Positions 12,421 through 25,219 of a stretch of DNA of 64,000 nt are shown in pieces. The first letter of the stretch is position 1; every line of letters begins with the position of its first letter. Origin of the DNA: Perkinsela sp. CCAP 1560/9 (taxonomy: Eukaryota > Protista > Euglenozoa: Kinetoplastea); contig CBFFSA010000005.1 in the NCBI GenBank assembly GCA_965644495.1, positions 682,001-746,000 on the forward strand. The letters are read 5' to 3'. The position numbers and the translations under genes were made by a program. A model generated the notes under the pieces. That model worked only from the letters and a program-made list of their open reading frames with translations, made no database searches and was not told where the DNA came from.

Positions 12421-12796
12421 CAGCGATCAGGAGCGCCTTCAAGGCCCATACCCAACTCCGCTCCCCTGGAGGACCGACCCGGAACCGCCGAACTGAACCA
12501 GGCTCCACTAAGCGCAGCCGCTAAATTGCAAGCTGCTTACGCAAATGAGGTTGAAACACAGCCTACACGATACAACGCGTTGGACGTCCGTCCCGGTAGC
12601 TACGGTTGAGTAGCCGTGCTCGAAGCCGCCTGGGAAGGGGGTAGCAAGACGATGAAAGTCGGCGACCTGAGACTCTACCCTAACGGTTGGCGCTGCCGAG
12701 CCCTCCGTGTCTTCTTCTTCTTCTTCTTCTTTTTCCTCTTCTTCTTCTGCTTCTGCTTCTTCTTCTTCTTCTTCTTCTTCTTCTTCTTCTTCTTCT

Positions 12797-12842
<46 letters not shown>

Positions 12843-12872
12843 TCTCTTCTTCTTCTTCTTCTTCATCTTCTC
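12421..12872 (+). mobile_element. SINE B, 5'-truncated, with (TTC)n tail
   Basis: Body matches the 2480-2780 copy; 15-bp TSD TCTCGGTGATTACAA. Confidence 0.85.
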
Positions 12873-12889
12873 ATCTCGGTGATTACAAG

Positions 12890-14400
12890 GGGTGCTCCTT
12901 TTACAAATGCAGAAAATGCTTCAGGGTGTTCACACTCTGATGTTACTGAAATTCTACAACTTGGACAAGATCGCCCCACATGGCGGAAGAAACTTGAAAA
13001 ACTACAGGTGGAGCTGGAACCACGGCCTTCTTACACAAAGTCTTGTTCTCCTGCTTGGGAAAAATGTATTAAAAATATATTGGAGAACAAGGACTATCAA
13101 ACTCTACAGTACGTGGAAGAAAGTAGCACCCCTTTTCCCATAAGCGACTCGGAAACACACTTATATACGGATGCCGGGTAACCAGCTCCCTTACCCGGCT
13201 TACACCTCTTGGGTGGGCCGTGTTGACGTACAATTCGTCGACGCAGCGTGTTGGCAACAGCACGTTGGTGCGGTCTTGGACAAGCGGAAACTGGTAGAGG
13301 ACGTCGGCCTCTGAACTTCCAAATCTGTCTGTGAAGGGTCTGGCTTGCCAGTGACCATCCGGCACAATCCGGAATGATTTGGATTTTTTTTGGATTTGGA
13401 TATACGGATGGGTCGCTCATTCCTGGTACAAAGAAACAACTCCAAGGATGCGGCATAGTAATAATACGAAACAACGAACGTACATTATTCTACGGGACAA
13501 GACCTCCGGAAAAATTCTGTGATTCCATACAATCTATAGAGGCATATGCTGTTGTCGAGGCAATTTCTCTGGCTAGCAACTACGAGGGAGATGTAATACT
13601 TCACACGGATTCAGAGTACATATGGGATTTCTTCCACGAAACTGTGCATCGGTACCGGCTCATTGGGTTCCACTCATTCAAAGGGGGCGAAGCAATGCGA
13701 TCCCTTCAAAACGCTTACTACAGTACAAAACATACTAAAAAATTCTACTGTATCAAGGTCAAATCACACAATGAAAATATGTACAACGATACCGCAGATT
13801 ATTTAGCCAAAAAGGCGTGCAAGCTGGAAGGAAATGAACTAGCTATAAAATACTACGGGGATATATTGCACGGCAATGCAAAGAGGAAATCAGAGCAAAA
13901 TAATACCTCAAGATTTCTTAAAACTCAGAGGACTAGAAAAGGCACAAACCAAAGAGCAGTACCTGTATCTACGGGGCCCCCTTTGTCGGAAAACTCAAAA
14001 GATTCACGTTCAACGAAACAACCCAAACAGAGCATTCGAATAAATGAAAAGAGGACGAAATCTCCCATACGCAAAGCTTCTTTACATAAGAAGACAAAGG
14101 GTATCAACTTAATTTCCAGCCCCCCACAGATAACCAATTCGAACGTAAGCATTGAGGTGAAACGAAATAAACCGAAAATGAAGCGTCTAAAAGGTACAAG
14201 TTTGGACTTATCATCATCCCAGACAAAGAGTGAACTAGAAAATGAAAAGGAGTCACAAAAGCGAGTGAAAAGGACATCAAAGAAAAAACCTTGTTTTACA
14301 GCTAAAGGGAAAGACAAGAGTATAATTGATGTAAAAAAGCATGGAAATAAGCGGGAGAATTAGCCTTACATTAACTTTCCGATTTGAGAGATGCTATTGG
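12890..14400 (+). mobile_element. LINE 3' part (RNase H and Lys/Arg/Ser-rich tail) interrupted by SINE A at ~13173-13399
   Basis: Removing the SINE (TSD ATATACGGATG) restores THLYTDGSLIPG. Also EAYA, HTDSEY and KVKSHNEN..NDTADYLAK. Confidence 0.85.
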
Positions 14401-14679
14401 AGCCTATGCTTCTGTTATATTTAAGTTAATTACCATCAGATTTGGTGAATTAAAGAATTACGTTCGCTGACGTGATTGCGACGGTGAGTTGTCTTATAGT
14501 GTTCAAAAGCTAAGTACTAATGGTTCATAGAGATCGATTGATTAGGAGGCTTGAAATTGAAAGTCTGTTTGTTTTTGAAAAATTTTCTGTAAGTGTGTTC
14601 TGTGTTGATGTTTTGAAAGTGGAAATATTTAGGGGAAATTTTTGAATCCTTTAACTGGGCTAACATCTCAGTGTTGGTT

Positions 14680-15151
14680 GGTTGTTGTTCCCATAATGGG
14701 AACACATAATGAGAAGGCTGATGCGCTGGCCATTTCAGGAACACGCAAGACTCTTCATACCTCAGAACCAAAGAGGAGAAAAAAGACGCCAGGTGTAGTG
14801 CCAGCTCGAACTCTGAGCTCACAAAAAGTGCAAACATCGATTTTGTCTGTGAGACTAAAACGTTGTCTGTGGCTAAGCGATGTGCGGTTGAGGATGGTAC
14901 ACCGCCTCTCAAGGTAGGTAGCGTGTACGTTCCGTGGAACTCTCTTCGGAAGAGAATGAGTACTTAGGTTCCAGTAATACTCATAAAGTCAAAAAGAAGC
15001 AGCATAAAGGGACCAAAAAAGAACTTGAACAGGTAATGGAAGAATCTGGGGGGGATGAAACTACTAAGGATCCAAAGTTGTTACAACGTAAGAAAAGGTT
15101 GTTTTCTAAACTGGTTTTAATAACCAGTGTTTTAGGATAGGATTTAGGATA
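14680..15151 (+). mobile_element. 5'-truncated LINE 3' end with (TAGGA)n tail; uninterrupted equivalent of 2270-4020
   Basis: Matches 3236-3470, 3862-4020 and 2270-2348 without the two SINE insertions. Confidence 0.8.
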
Positions 15152-16036
15152 GTGCAGCTGCAGTGGCACGTGAAAGAGTAAGGGACTACAGTGTAGCTGC
15201 AGTGGCACGTGAGAGAGTAAGTGTACTGCCATGTGAGGCAGTGAACGCAGTATAGATGCAGTGGCGCGTGAGAGAGTAAGAGCAGTGCCACGTGAGGCAG
15301 TGGTTGCACACTGATGCAGTGCAGCTGCAGTGGGACTTAGTAAGTGTATTGCCATGTGAGGCAGTGAACGCAGTGTAGGTGCAGTGGCACGTGCAAGAGT
15401 AAGTGCACTGCCACTTGAGTTGGAGCGTGAATGCTGTTGGGCTGCGCATGAAACACCCACAGTGTACACCCGCAGTGTAGATGTCTACACCCGCAGTGTA
15501 GGTGCAGTGGCACGTGCAAGAGTAAGTGCACTGCCACTTGAGTTGGAGCGTGAATGCTGTTGGGCTGCACATGAAACACCCACATGAGAGACCGAAAGTT
15601 CTCGGTTCGCCACGAGTGGCTACACCGGTGTTCCATTTAGAGAGCGTTGTGGAATCGCCATGTTGTGGAAGGGTGGCCATGTTGTGGAATCGCCATGTTG
15701 CTGGCCATGTTGCGGAAGGGTGGTCAGCTGGTTTATAGAAACCCAGATTGAAAGGGGCGAGGGAGATGCCAAGCAACAGCGTGGAAGATTCCCACTGAAA
15801 AGAAATGGTATCTCCCTGCACGAAGTTTGTCTCCGAGCTAGCCCGCGCAAAGGCTTTACTCGTGCGGAGTAAAGTAACTCGGGGGGGATACCTCTGAGAC
15901 CCAAACCTGATGGAAAGTACGTTTAAACTGTGCTAAAGGTTGCAATAAAAGGGGCAGCGTATCATTCTGTTCCTGAAAAGCCAGTTATCTTAGCAGGGAA
16001 CACAGCAGTATCTCCCTCGCCCATTTCGATCTGGTT
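15152..16036 (-). mobile_element. Hairpin-ended element family D, partial (terminal palindrome and CACGTG-rich satellite)
   Basis: Arm AAACCCAGATTGAAAGGGGCGAGGGAGAT...; satellite units as in 41600-42960. Confidence 0.75.
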
Positions 16037-16044
16037 TATTAGAA

Positions 16045-16191
16045 GAGGGTTAGCTACGGTTGGGTAGCCGTGCTCGGGCCGCAAGGCGTCGAGTGCCGTC
16101 TTGGAGGGGGGTAGCAACATGACGAAGGTCGGCGACCTGAGACTCTACCCTAACGGTTGGCGCTTCAGAGCCCTCCGTATCTTCTTCTTCT
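16045..16191 (+). mobile_element. SINE B 3' fragment
   Basis: Matches 12597-12720; short (TTC)n tail. Confidence 0.75.
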
Positions 16192-16649
16192 TGTGACGAA
16201 TCATCGTCCTTGATTTGTAGATCTGTGATCTGACTCACTTGAGATGTTTGCCAGGAAATTCATTACACGGTTGATACTGATCCATGGGAAAAAACCCAGA
16301 GACACCTTCACTCTTGCATCCTAATGAATTTATTCCGGGCCCATCTCAAGAGCAACCAGGAAGAAGATAGGAAACCCAGAATATTGAAAACGCTGGCGTT
16401 AGCCGCGCTGAGCCCAACTCATTGTCCCAAGGAAAGTCTGCCGCGCTCCGAAAGTAACCAACCAACCAACGAACCATCACTGGGATAATAAATTAATATG
16501 TCCCAGTTGAAAGCTTCACAATTTTCTCCTACCCATAAATCACTTTGGCGGTGTCCACAAAACTAACATATTCACCAGAAGCTTTTCAAAAACATCTTGC
16601 AACAACTTCCATGTATCCTAATCATTCGAGGTGGACGGCGTTCCAGTAC

Positions 16650-17665
16650 TTAGTCAAAGAATTGTGATATGAAATCGACTTTTCATTTTCAGCACAAACG
16701 GTTTACCTAATAAAACATTTTCACGCGAAACAACAGCATACCACCTTATCACACTATCCCTCACCTGTTCAGAAAATGCGATCAAGGGGGGTATGAGGGG
16801 GGTACCATTTCTTTGGTGTTCGTAATACGTTCTTAGTTCGCGATCTATCGTCTTTCCCCTGACGCTTTTCTGTCTTTTTGACGCAGTTCTCTCTTTTACT
16901 GGGTGTTTTTTGACGTGACCCCTTTGTTTCCAGACTTTCATAGCTTGGCTCATCATTCTCCTGGTATAACTGATTACTCCTCTTTCTTTGCGGAGCTCTA
17001 AATTTAACCCGATCACTAATAACAATACGTGCTACGTGAGGCAACTGTTGATTTGACTCAATGTATTTTAGCCTTTTTGTGTTGTTGGACTGTACGCGTT
17101 CTTGTGATCTTGTGCGTTTCGTTTCCGTTTCTATCTCTGTATGTTTGCCTTTGCTAACTGTCCTACTTTTTGGCAATATTTTTACGTGCTCACCATGGGT
17201 GCATATTTGGCTAGAGGTTACCGATTTAAGTTTGCGCTGCATTTTGCTGCCATTAGAATCACCATTGGTATGGTTTTTGCGCTTGTCTTCTGCATGAGGA
17301 ATCTCGCCGTAGAATCTCAAGGCCTTTTATCCCTTGCTTATTTTACTTGCTTGTTTAGCCACCCAGTCTGCCATATAATTATGTGGATTTTCGTTATGCG
17401 CTTTAACTTTTACGCAGTAGAAGCGCTTTGTCCCTCTTAGCGAAATATATGTTTCTTGCAATTTCTGAAGTATAGCGCCTCCCTCAAACGATTTAAATCC
17501 TATGAATCTGAACCTATGGATAGCTCCATGAAAGAAATCCCAAACATACTCAGAGTCCGTGTGCAAAATGACATCTCCATCGTAGGACAATGCGATGAGA
17601 AGAGCCTCGTGCGCGGCAAAGGATTCTATTTCTTGAATAGATTGAGAGAATTCATGAGGAGGTTT
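16650..17665 (-). pseudogene. LINE RNase H and basic tail relic
   Basis: DVILHTDSEYVWDFFH and KVKAHNENPHNYMADWVAK; homologous to 13374-14363. Confidence 0.8.
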
Positions 17666-18082
17666 TAACCCAAGAGATATAGAGGGCTCGCGGCGGCGTA
17701 GGCAGACGAACCACGGGCTCCGAAAGTGCCCGGCCCAGGGATGTTCATGGCGCAGTCCGTCGCATGCCAGATCCTGGCAAGCCTTCTATAACCATGTCGC
17801 CTGCACGGTAACAGCATCCCTAATGAATGGTGGTACAGAGAAGGGCGTTTTCTATGCACCTGCATGCGGGCGCCACTACGACAACCACAAACGATCATCG
17901 CACACACACAGCTCCAAAGGAACGAAAACCGTCGCGGTCCTTTCTCCCGAACTTCTTACTCCAACCAACGAAGTGAGCACCGCACCAATACCAGAGAACA
18001 CCAACTTTGAGCTCCCACCTCTTCCTTCTGTCTGCTCTCTTCAGCTGAGTACGTGCAAAGTCGTGCCTTACGGGTGGCCGCC

Positions 18083-18330
18083 CGCACATTTATAATGCAT
18101 ACTAAGCGGCACATTTATAATGCATATAGCACATTCAGATGCATATTAGCACATTCACATGCATATGGCACATTCAGGTGCATATAGCACATACAAATGC
18201 ATATTTACTGCACATTGATAATGCATACTAAGCGGCACATTCACATGCATAACAGCACATTCACATGCATAACAGCACATTCAAATGCATATAGCACATT
18301 CGCATGCATATAGCATATTCACATGCATAT
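18083..18330. repeat. Degenerate ~20-bp satellite (GCACATT..ATGCAT..)
   Basis: Same unit at 9564-9612 and, inverted, at 31809-31945. Confidence 0.8.
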
Positions 18331-18689
18331 TTCTCAATTTTAGTGTAGATATTATTGGCTCATTGGCCCGGCCGACCCATCCGTGCGTCCGGCCTCTCAT
18401 TTCCCCCAAAACAACTACCGCCTTCCCCCTATTTATCAGGGGTCGCTCGCGCGACGCAGATCCTCTGCCGGCACTATGGGCTTACGCCCAGAGCACCTAC
18501 AGGGCCCAGAGCACCTACAGGCACCTACAGAGCACCTACAGGCAGCACTGCTCGTACACGGAAGTGACTTTCTCCGATCCCTCACAAAGCTAAAATCGCC
18601 TCCTAGCTGGGAACACCCAGAGCTGGGTACTTCAGAGCACCCTCTGAAGTACAGGCGCACTTTGCAGGGGCGCGTTTATGCGCCCTATC

Positions 18690-21600
18690 AGAGGGCGAAA
18701 ATGATGTTCGTCCGATCGCTGCCGGTGAAACCCTTCGGCGATTAGCGAGCAAAGCCGTATGCAACGCAATCCGACCCAAAGCGAGCGAGCTCTTTGAAGG
18801 CAAGCAGTACGGAGTGGCAGCGCCATCCGGGGCCGAAAGAGTCATTCACATGTGTCGCCTGGCCATGTCGTCAGGAAACTCGCCCATAGCTCCCGACCAC
18901 GGATTTGAGCTCCCGACCACGTTCTTCGGAAAATCTCGGATTGGGGTAAAGGAACGACGTGTGCAGTACGGTGGTGTTTTCGAAACTCTCAGAATCGAAT
19001 CTACGAATCGATTGGTGAAGTTGTTTCCAGAAAACTGCGAAAGAAAGCGTTGAACATCAAAATTTCGTACCATCCAGCCCCTGACGAAGCCGGGCCCTCT
19101 GGAAATCTTTATCTTCCCCAGTCGACGAAAATCAAGGTTTTCGGCATCCGAGCAACTCATCTAAGCCGTGTTCCAGATTGTGAAGTTTCAACGACGATAT
19201 GCGCGTCAGAAGATGCGGACGACACAGATCACGGGTGTGACCTAGAGCCTTTGCCTTCTTTCTCCCAGATCGATCCGACGTTTTCTGTGCATGTGGTAGC
19301 TATTTTCCGTTCGATTATAAGAGACTATCCGAGACTTAAACTATCCTCAGAAAAAGATAAATTATGGCAAAAATTCCTCAACGCCCCACGAGACTCACTA
19401 GTAAGCGTGCGGAAAGCTATCCAAAGACGGGACAGCATCCCGCATAGCCATAAGAGCGCCAATGCCAAGGAAAATTTATTTTTATCCAAAGAGGAGGTAA
19501 AGGAGCTCGAAGTTGACCGCCGCTCAATACGCAACTCAATACGCAACTCAATACTCTCCATGCAGCTCGTGCAGGAAATTTAAGTAAAGCAACCAGAGTC
19601 CTGGACAACGTTTCTGTAGACTCCCAACTCAGTGTGGACGAAAAAGTGCGAAAATTGAAAGACCTTCATCCCACAGGTGATCCACCACCTGCGTCATCAG
19701 TAGAATACCCACGGGCTGGCGTAATCGAGATGGGCGAGGTTCGCTCAGCGGTAAACAAACTCGCGCATGGAGAACCCCAGGCCCAACGGGATTGAGCGAA
19801 AACATCCTCCGCTTACTGGCTGATGACGTGGAATGTTGTTCAGGTTTGTGCCACATGATTAGAGATGTCATCAACGGAGAAATAAGCACATCAGTTCGCA
19901 ACCGTCTGACACGTTGTAGAATCATCGCCTTAGAAAAGCCGAATAACGGGGTAAGACCGATAGCGATGGGTGACACAATGCTCAAAATATCTTATCTTAT
20001 CTTATATGACTGATAAATCGGTTGAAACACTGAATATATTCATACTCTCATAAAACACTCAAATTGAAAGAGAAGACGCATTTGACCTTACTTATCAGTT
20101 ATCGCTCTACTATTCTACACCATCTTTTGCGTCCTCAGAGCATTCCTGCTCAGGTGACGGGCATATTTTCCTTCGATCTACTTTGCGAGACGAACTTCGT
20201 CGCTAGTTTCTATTTTCTTCCGTCTGCTACTCCGCGATACTTCCTCGGTCCGCTCGGGTTTCGTAGGTCTGGCGTTGTTAGCTTTCGCTTGTTCGTTTGA
20301 AAGCTCAAAATAAGTGGCTCAATCCTGCTGCAACGTCATGAAGACTCGTTGAAAAGGTTCTTCCACCCTATGCAACGTGGTGTCTTAGAAAAAAATGCAT
20401 GTGAAGGAATCGTTCACGAGCTTCTTGATGACTACAGCAACGGGCACACTATTCTTTCGGTAGATTACACCAACGCATATAACACTGCACAGCTCTCAGC
20501 AATTGCTCAATCCCTGCAGGCGCACAAAGTTTTCAAGCCGTTTATGCGCATGTTTTATTGCGAATACGGAAATCCCTCGGACCATGGGTGACGTTACATT
20601 GTCCTCAAAAAATCGCATCTCACTGGAAGCCGCGTTCTTACATCTCAGAGAGCTATCCACTGACCTTGGCCTGCACATAAATTATTCAAAATCAGAATGG
20701 TTCAACGCTGAGAGCAGTAAGAATCGGAACAGCCATCCTGATGCTCTTCGCTCCCTAGGCGTCACGCATTCTGACAAGACAATCAAAATCCTTGGAGCCC
20801 ACATCGGGGATCACCAAGAGGTCAGCTCACTTCTGGTCAAAAAACTAAAGAAGCCCCAATGCCTGTTCCGTAGGCTTCGTCGAATGGGGCCCAGCAACAT
20901 TTCACTGGCTGTACTGCAACGCTGTGCGCTCCCACGTCATGATTATCACCTGAGTGTACACCGTCCAGAAGACTCGCTTCTTATGGCCCAAAAATTTGAT
21001 GAACAAGTTAATGATATTGTGTCGCACTGGTTCTTTGCTGATCCTATCTCTGATCAATCCTATTTGCTGATCAAGCTATCGTCACTCCCACAACACCTAG
21101 GAGGACTTGGTTTGACACCGTCAACATTAAGACATCGTTTCTTTTTCGACACCGCGCGCAAATCGATTGATGAGCGAACACTATCCAATAAAGCTCCGGT
21201 AGTTTTGCGCAAATCGAAAGGAGGCATTCCCGATGATAATGGAAGCTCAAGCCGCACAGCCAAGCATCAGACAGCCAGAATTCAAGCACCAAAAGCTATG
21301 AAGACAGAACAAAAACTATTAGCCACCGAGTTACGTAAGGATAGCAGAATAGACTCCATACTAAAACGCAGAACGACTGCCTTTCGACATCTTCCTTCAA
21401 CTAGCGGATACGTTAATCCTTACCTTTTCAGATACGCTATCATGTTTAGATTAGGCATCAAACCGCCTTCGTTGCCGGATCAAGTGAGTTGCCCTGGATG
21501 CGCTGCTCAGATAAAATCAGAGGAAATCCTTCACCACATTGTGGGTTGTACAAAGTGTTCTGGAATGAACGCTACACGAAAACACTCATCTCTAGTGCGC

Positions 21601-22150
21601 TTTCTAGCCGAACTTTGCTCAAAAGCAGGCCTCCAGTCCGTCATAGAACCTCGCACTTATTCATCCTTCTATCAAGTGCAAGGCACACGTCTCCGCTGAT
21701 GCGATTGATAACCATCCGTGCCGCGCACGAAGAATAAGGTCAGGCCCCGACCTCGGAATTATGTGGCCCCATACGGGTGAAGTACTTTACGACCTCACAG
21801 TTGTCCGCACCGGTAGCCCGAGCTATCGAAAAATGACAGAAGCTCAGCTCCTGCAAAATGCTATTGAGAGAAAGCAGAAGAAATACGTTGAGAAGAGGGG
21901 ATTGATGAAGACTTTTTTCGCTGCATCTCCATGACAGAAGGCGGTTTCTTACACAGCCATACGAAAAATCTCCTTTCCTGTCTAGCAAAGAAAGCCGAAC
22001 TTTAAGTCCCTGAAGTACTAGAAGCTTTTCAACTTGAGATTGAAAAGCTTAATGCATATACAATAGTTGCGCAACTGCGCGACTATCTACCCTGAGCATC
22101 GTGGCTGGGTTCACTGCAATCGTAAAGAATCCGTAAAGATTACGAATTGG
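18690..22150 (+). mobile_element. Degenerate CRE/SLACS-clade (RLE-type) non-LTR retrotransposon(s)
   Basis: RT motifs PGPTG, RIIALEKPNNGVRPIAMGD, QRGV..NACEGIVH, SVDYTNAYN, GLHINYSKSE, LGAHIG and LPQHLGGLGL. CPGC..H..GC knuckle, then RKHSSL and EPR. An extra RT fragment (KQYGVAAPSGAERVIH) lies at ~18700-18850. The QG/YxDD block is deleted. Confidence 0.75.
19990..20302 (-). mobile_element. 5'-truncated LINE 3' end with (TAAGA)n tail, inserted in the CRE-like RT
   Basis: Near-identical to 34082-34396. 10-bp TSD GCTCAAAATA at 19980-19989 and 20303-20312; removal restores MLKISGSILLQ. Confidence 0.85.
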
Positions 22151-22779
22151 TTACGAATTTTCATTAACTGAAAGAAGAAATGATATTTTATTTTATTATA
22201 TTAAAGTTTAAACGTACGCGTCTGGCATACTCCAAATTCCATTGTCAAGGTACTATTGGATCATAAAGTTCTTCAGAAAACACTAACATTAAATAATTGG
22301 TGCACAAAACAATCAAGAAGGTCAAAAAAGAATTGTACAATGGAAATTTTGAACAAACGTTAGGGATGCAGGACGTCAATACCTAGTCTCAAAAGAGGCA
22401 ATCATCTGTCCTCTGTACAGGTCAGCACAATCTCAAGCACAGCTACTGAAGCGCCATGGGGGATTAGGTCTGAGATCCGAAGCTCTCCACGCTTCCGCGG
22501 CTTACGTTGCATCCGTCGCCTTTGCCTCTGACAAAGATTCCTGGGATCCCGAAGACGCTGAAGGTTTCTCGGAGGCCGTCCTCGACATCAATCAGACGGC
22601 CGGCACTGCTCTCCTCGATCCCAGAGGTCGTGTTCTCACAACTCCCAACGCCCCATGCGAGAAGGCCCTGAGCGCGCCGTACTCCTACCGGAAGAGAAGG
22701 CACCCTCCGCCAGGGAATGATCCTCCCCCCCCGGACGAGCCTCCGGGACATGTTCTTCGTACGACTTCCAGCGCGGCCA

Positions 22780-23700
22780 ACACACCCACGGATGCCTACC
22801 TACTCTCGACTCCCCTCTACGGTTCTGAAGAATGCCAGGAAATGTTACCCCCACAGTGGCCCAAAGGGAAGACCCCGAGCCAGCGGGTAATCAGTTATGC
22901 TATTGCAGCCCATGCCTTTTCCCAGGAATATGAGACAACTGACGCACGAACCAGTGCAAGGTGGATCTCCCAGTGTGGCACGGGAGCGAGCAGCTGGGCC
23001 TTTGTGACTCCTTTGAAAGACCTTGGGCACGCCTTTACCCCCACACAATTCCGAACTTTGGCCCGTTGGTGGTTAGGCGTGGACATCCACCATGAAGATA
23101 GCACGTTCCCCATGCCGAAATGCTCGCTCCCCCTTGACAGCAGAGGGGATCATGCACTGTCTTGCAAACATGGCCATGGTATTGTGACCAGGCGCAACGC
23201 TGTTACGGACCAGTTCGCGGACGTGTGCAGTCGAGACCGCCTCGCCCCTCAACGAGAAAAGAGTCTCGGGAACAGGGGCCCAGGTTGGGCCCTCACCAGA
23301 CCTGGCAACATATACTTGCCCAGCCTTTTTCTTGGAAATCCCATTGTGCTTGACTTCGCGGTCACCCATGCTCAGCAATTAAAATATACGGACAAAGTCC
23401 GAAACGCTAGCTGGGTTGCCGCGGGGTCATTTGCCGAACATTATTCCTCAATGGGCAAGTGCAAGCAGCGCCGAGAAGCCATAGAAGCAGGATGCGACTT
23501 TACGGCCATGATGGTCGAAAGTTATGGCGCCTAGAGCCCCAGCGCTTCAGCCGTGCTCCGCAAAGTCGGTGAGAGGTGTTCGCACGCCTCGGGGGGTCTA
23601 CTTTCGGAAGGTGAGGCAACGAGCCGAATCTCCGCTGAACTAAACACACCTTATGCGCTTTCAAGCGCGCATGATGGTTGCTCGTTCACCTTCCGAAGAC
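22780..23700 (+). mobile_element. CRE-like C-terminal zinc knuckle and restriction-like endonuclease relic
   Basis: C..LD..GDHALSC, TRRNAV, RPGNIY, IVLDFAVTH and MMVESYGA match the RHN/PD..D/ExxG layout of RLE domains. Confidence 0.7.
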
Positions 23701-24099
23701 CCCATAGCAACGCTGGAGGAGTAGCCTCCAGACCCATAGCAACGCTGGAGGAGTAGCCTCCAGAGCGGCCCGAGGCCGATCGAGCCGACAGTGCCTATCC
23801 TCACGCCTCGCTTTCACGAGCAAGGTACCCCAATGTGAGATAGGTACGGGTTCGGAACATTCATCCGAGTCCGGCGATCAAAACCCAACTTCGTGACCGT
23901 GCCGCTGTCGGCACATGCCCGCGCCTGCGCCCTCCCGTATAACAAGGGAAGGGTTCCCAAGCCAGGCCATGGAGAGGTCTAGAGATCCGGTCCGAAGCGC
24001 GCACTGTTGGAAGAAGGAGTGGAGCACGCGCGGATGGATTTTTGGGGGGGAGTGAGGGAAAGAGGAGGGCAAAGTTTGGAAGGCGCGGATGGTTGATTG

Positions 24100-24418
24100 G
24101 GGGTAGTTGGTAGACGGTTAACAACCTGCAGGTTGTTGGTCCGATTCCCGCTATCGACAAAACTCGCAACCTGGCGGCCTCACTACAAAGGGAAAGCGAT
24201 CAGGAGTGCCTTCAAGGCCCAAACCCAACTCCGCTCCCCTGGAGGACCGACCCGGAACCTCCGAACTGAACCAGGCTCCAGCGCAGCCCCTAAATTGCGA
24301 GCTGCTTACGCAAAGAAGGCTTGAGACACTACACGATGCGGGGTTGGACGCCCGTCCTGGTAACTACGGTTGGGTAGCCGTGCTCGGGCTGCAAGGCGTC
24401 GAGTGCCGTCTGGGAAGG
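24100..24418 (+). mobile_element. SINE B, 3'-truncated
   Basis: tRNA-like head and body match 2550-2875. Confidence 0.8.
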
Positions 24419-24899
24419 TGAGAAGGATTGGGCCTGGATTGCTTCCTTCTGATTTTTATTATTATTGTTATCAGAATCATAAATAACTTAAGGCAGGTTG
24501 AATTGCTAGTTTTGGGCTACAACAAGTGAAATTGCTAATTTGATTGCTTGTTTATAAATCATATACCGCCCCCCCAATGGACCTACTTGGTTCGTCTACT
24601 GGGTCAAAATATAGATGCAATGCCGCATTTTATACTTCTCCCCCCGTATTAATTGCAAAAAAAAAAAAGTCCTGTTTCGTGACCGTGCCGCTGTCGGCAC
24701 AAGCCCGCGCCTGCGCCCTCCCATATAACAAGGGAAGGGTTCACAAGTCAGGCCGAGGAGTGGTCGAAAGACCCGGTCCGGAACGCGCAGATGGATTGGG
24801 CATGAATTGCTTCTTTTTATTATTATTGCTATAAACTCCTACTCTTCCCCCCCTATTTATTGCAAAAAAAAAAAAAAACTTCTTGGGTGAGACGTGTTG

Positions 24900-25186
24900 A
24901 CCAAGGCGGCACCAACGTGCTGTTGCCAACACGCTGCGTCGACGAGCTGTACATCAACACGGCTTACCCAAGAGGTGTGAGCCGGGTAAGGGGAGCTGGT
25001 TGCCTGAGGGGAGGGTCCGGGACGGTCCTCCGAGTACTGGGCCTAGTCGGGTATCAGCCCAGCCTCTTAGAGTGAGGCCGCCAGGAATATTGAGATGAGC
25101 GGTTTTGAACTCGCCGCCTGAGCACCATGTGCTTCAAACTTTGAAATCTTGCCACTCCGCCACCTCGGCCTACTCCGCCACCTCCA
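24900..25186 (-). mobile_element. SINE A, head and 5' body
   Basis: Matches 3593-3860. Confidence 0.8.
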
Positions 25187-25219
25187 TTTGTGGCATTGGT
25201 GCTAGCTGAGGTTTTATCC

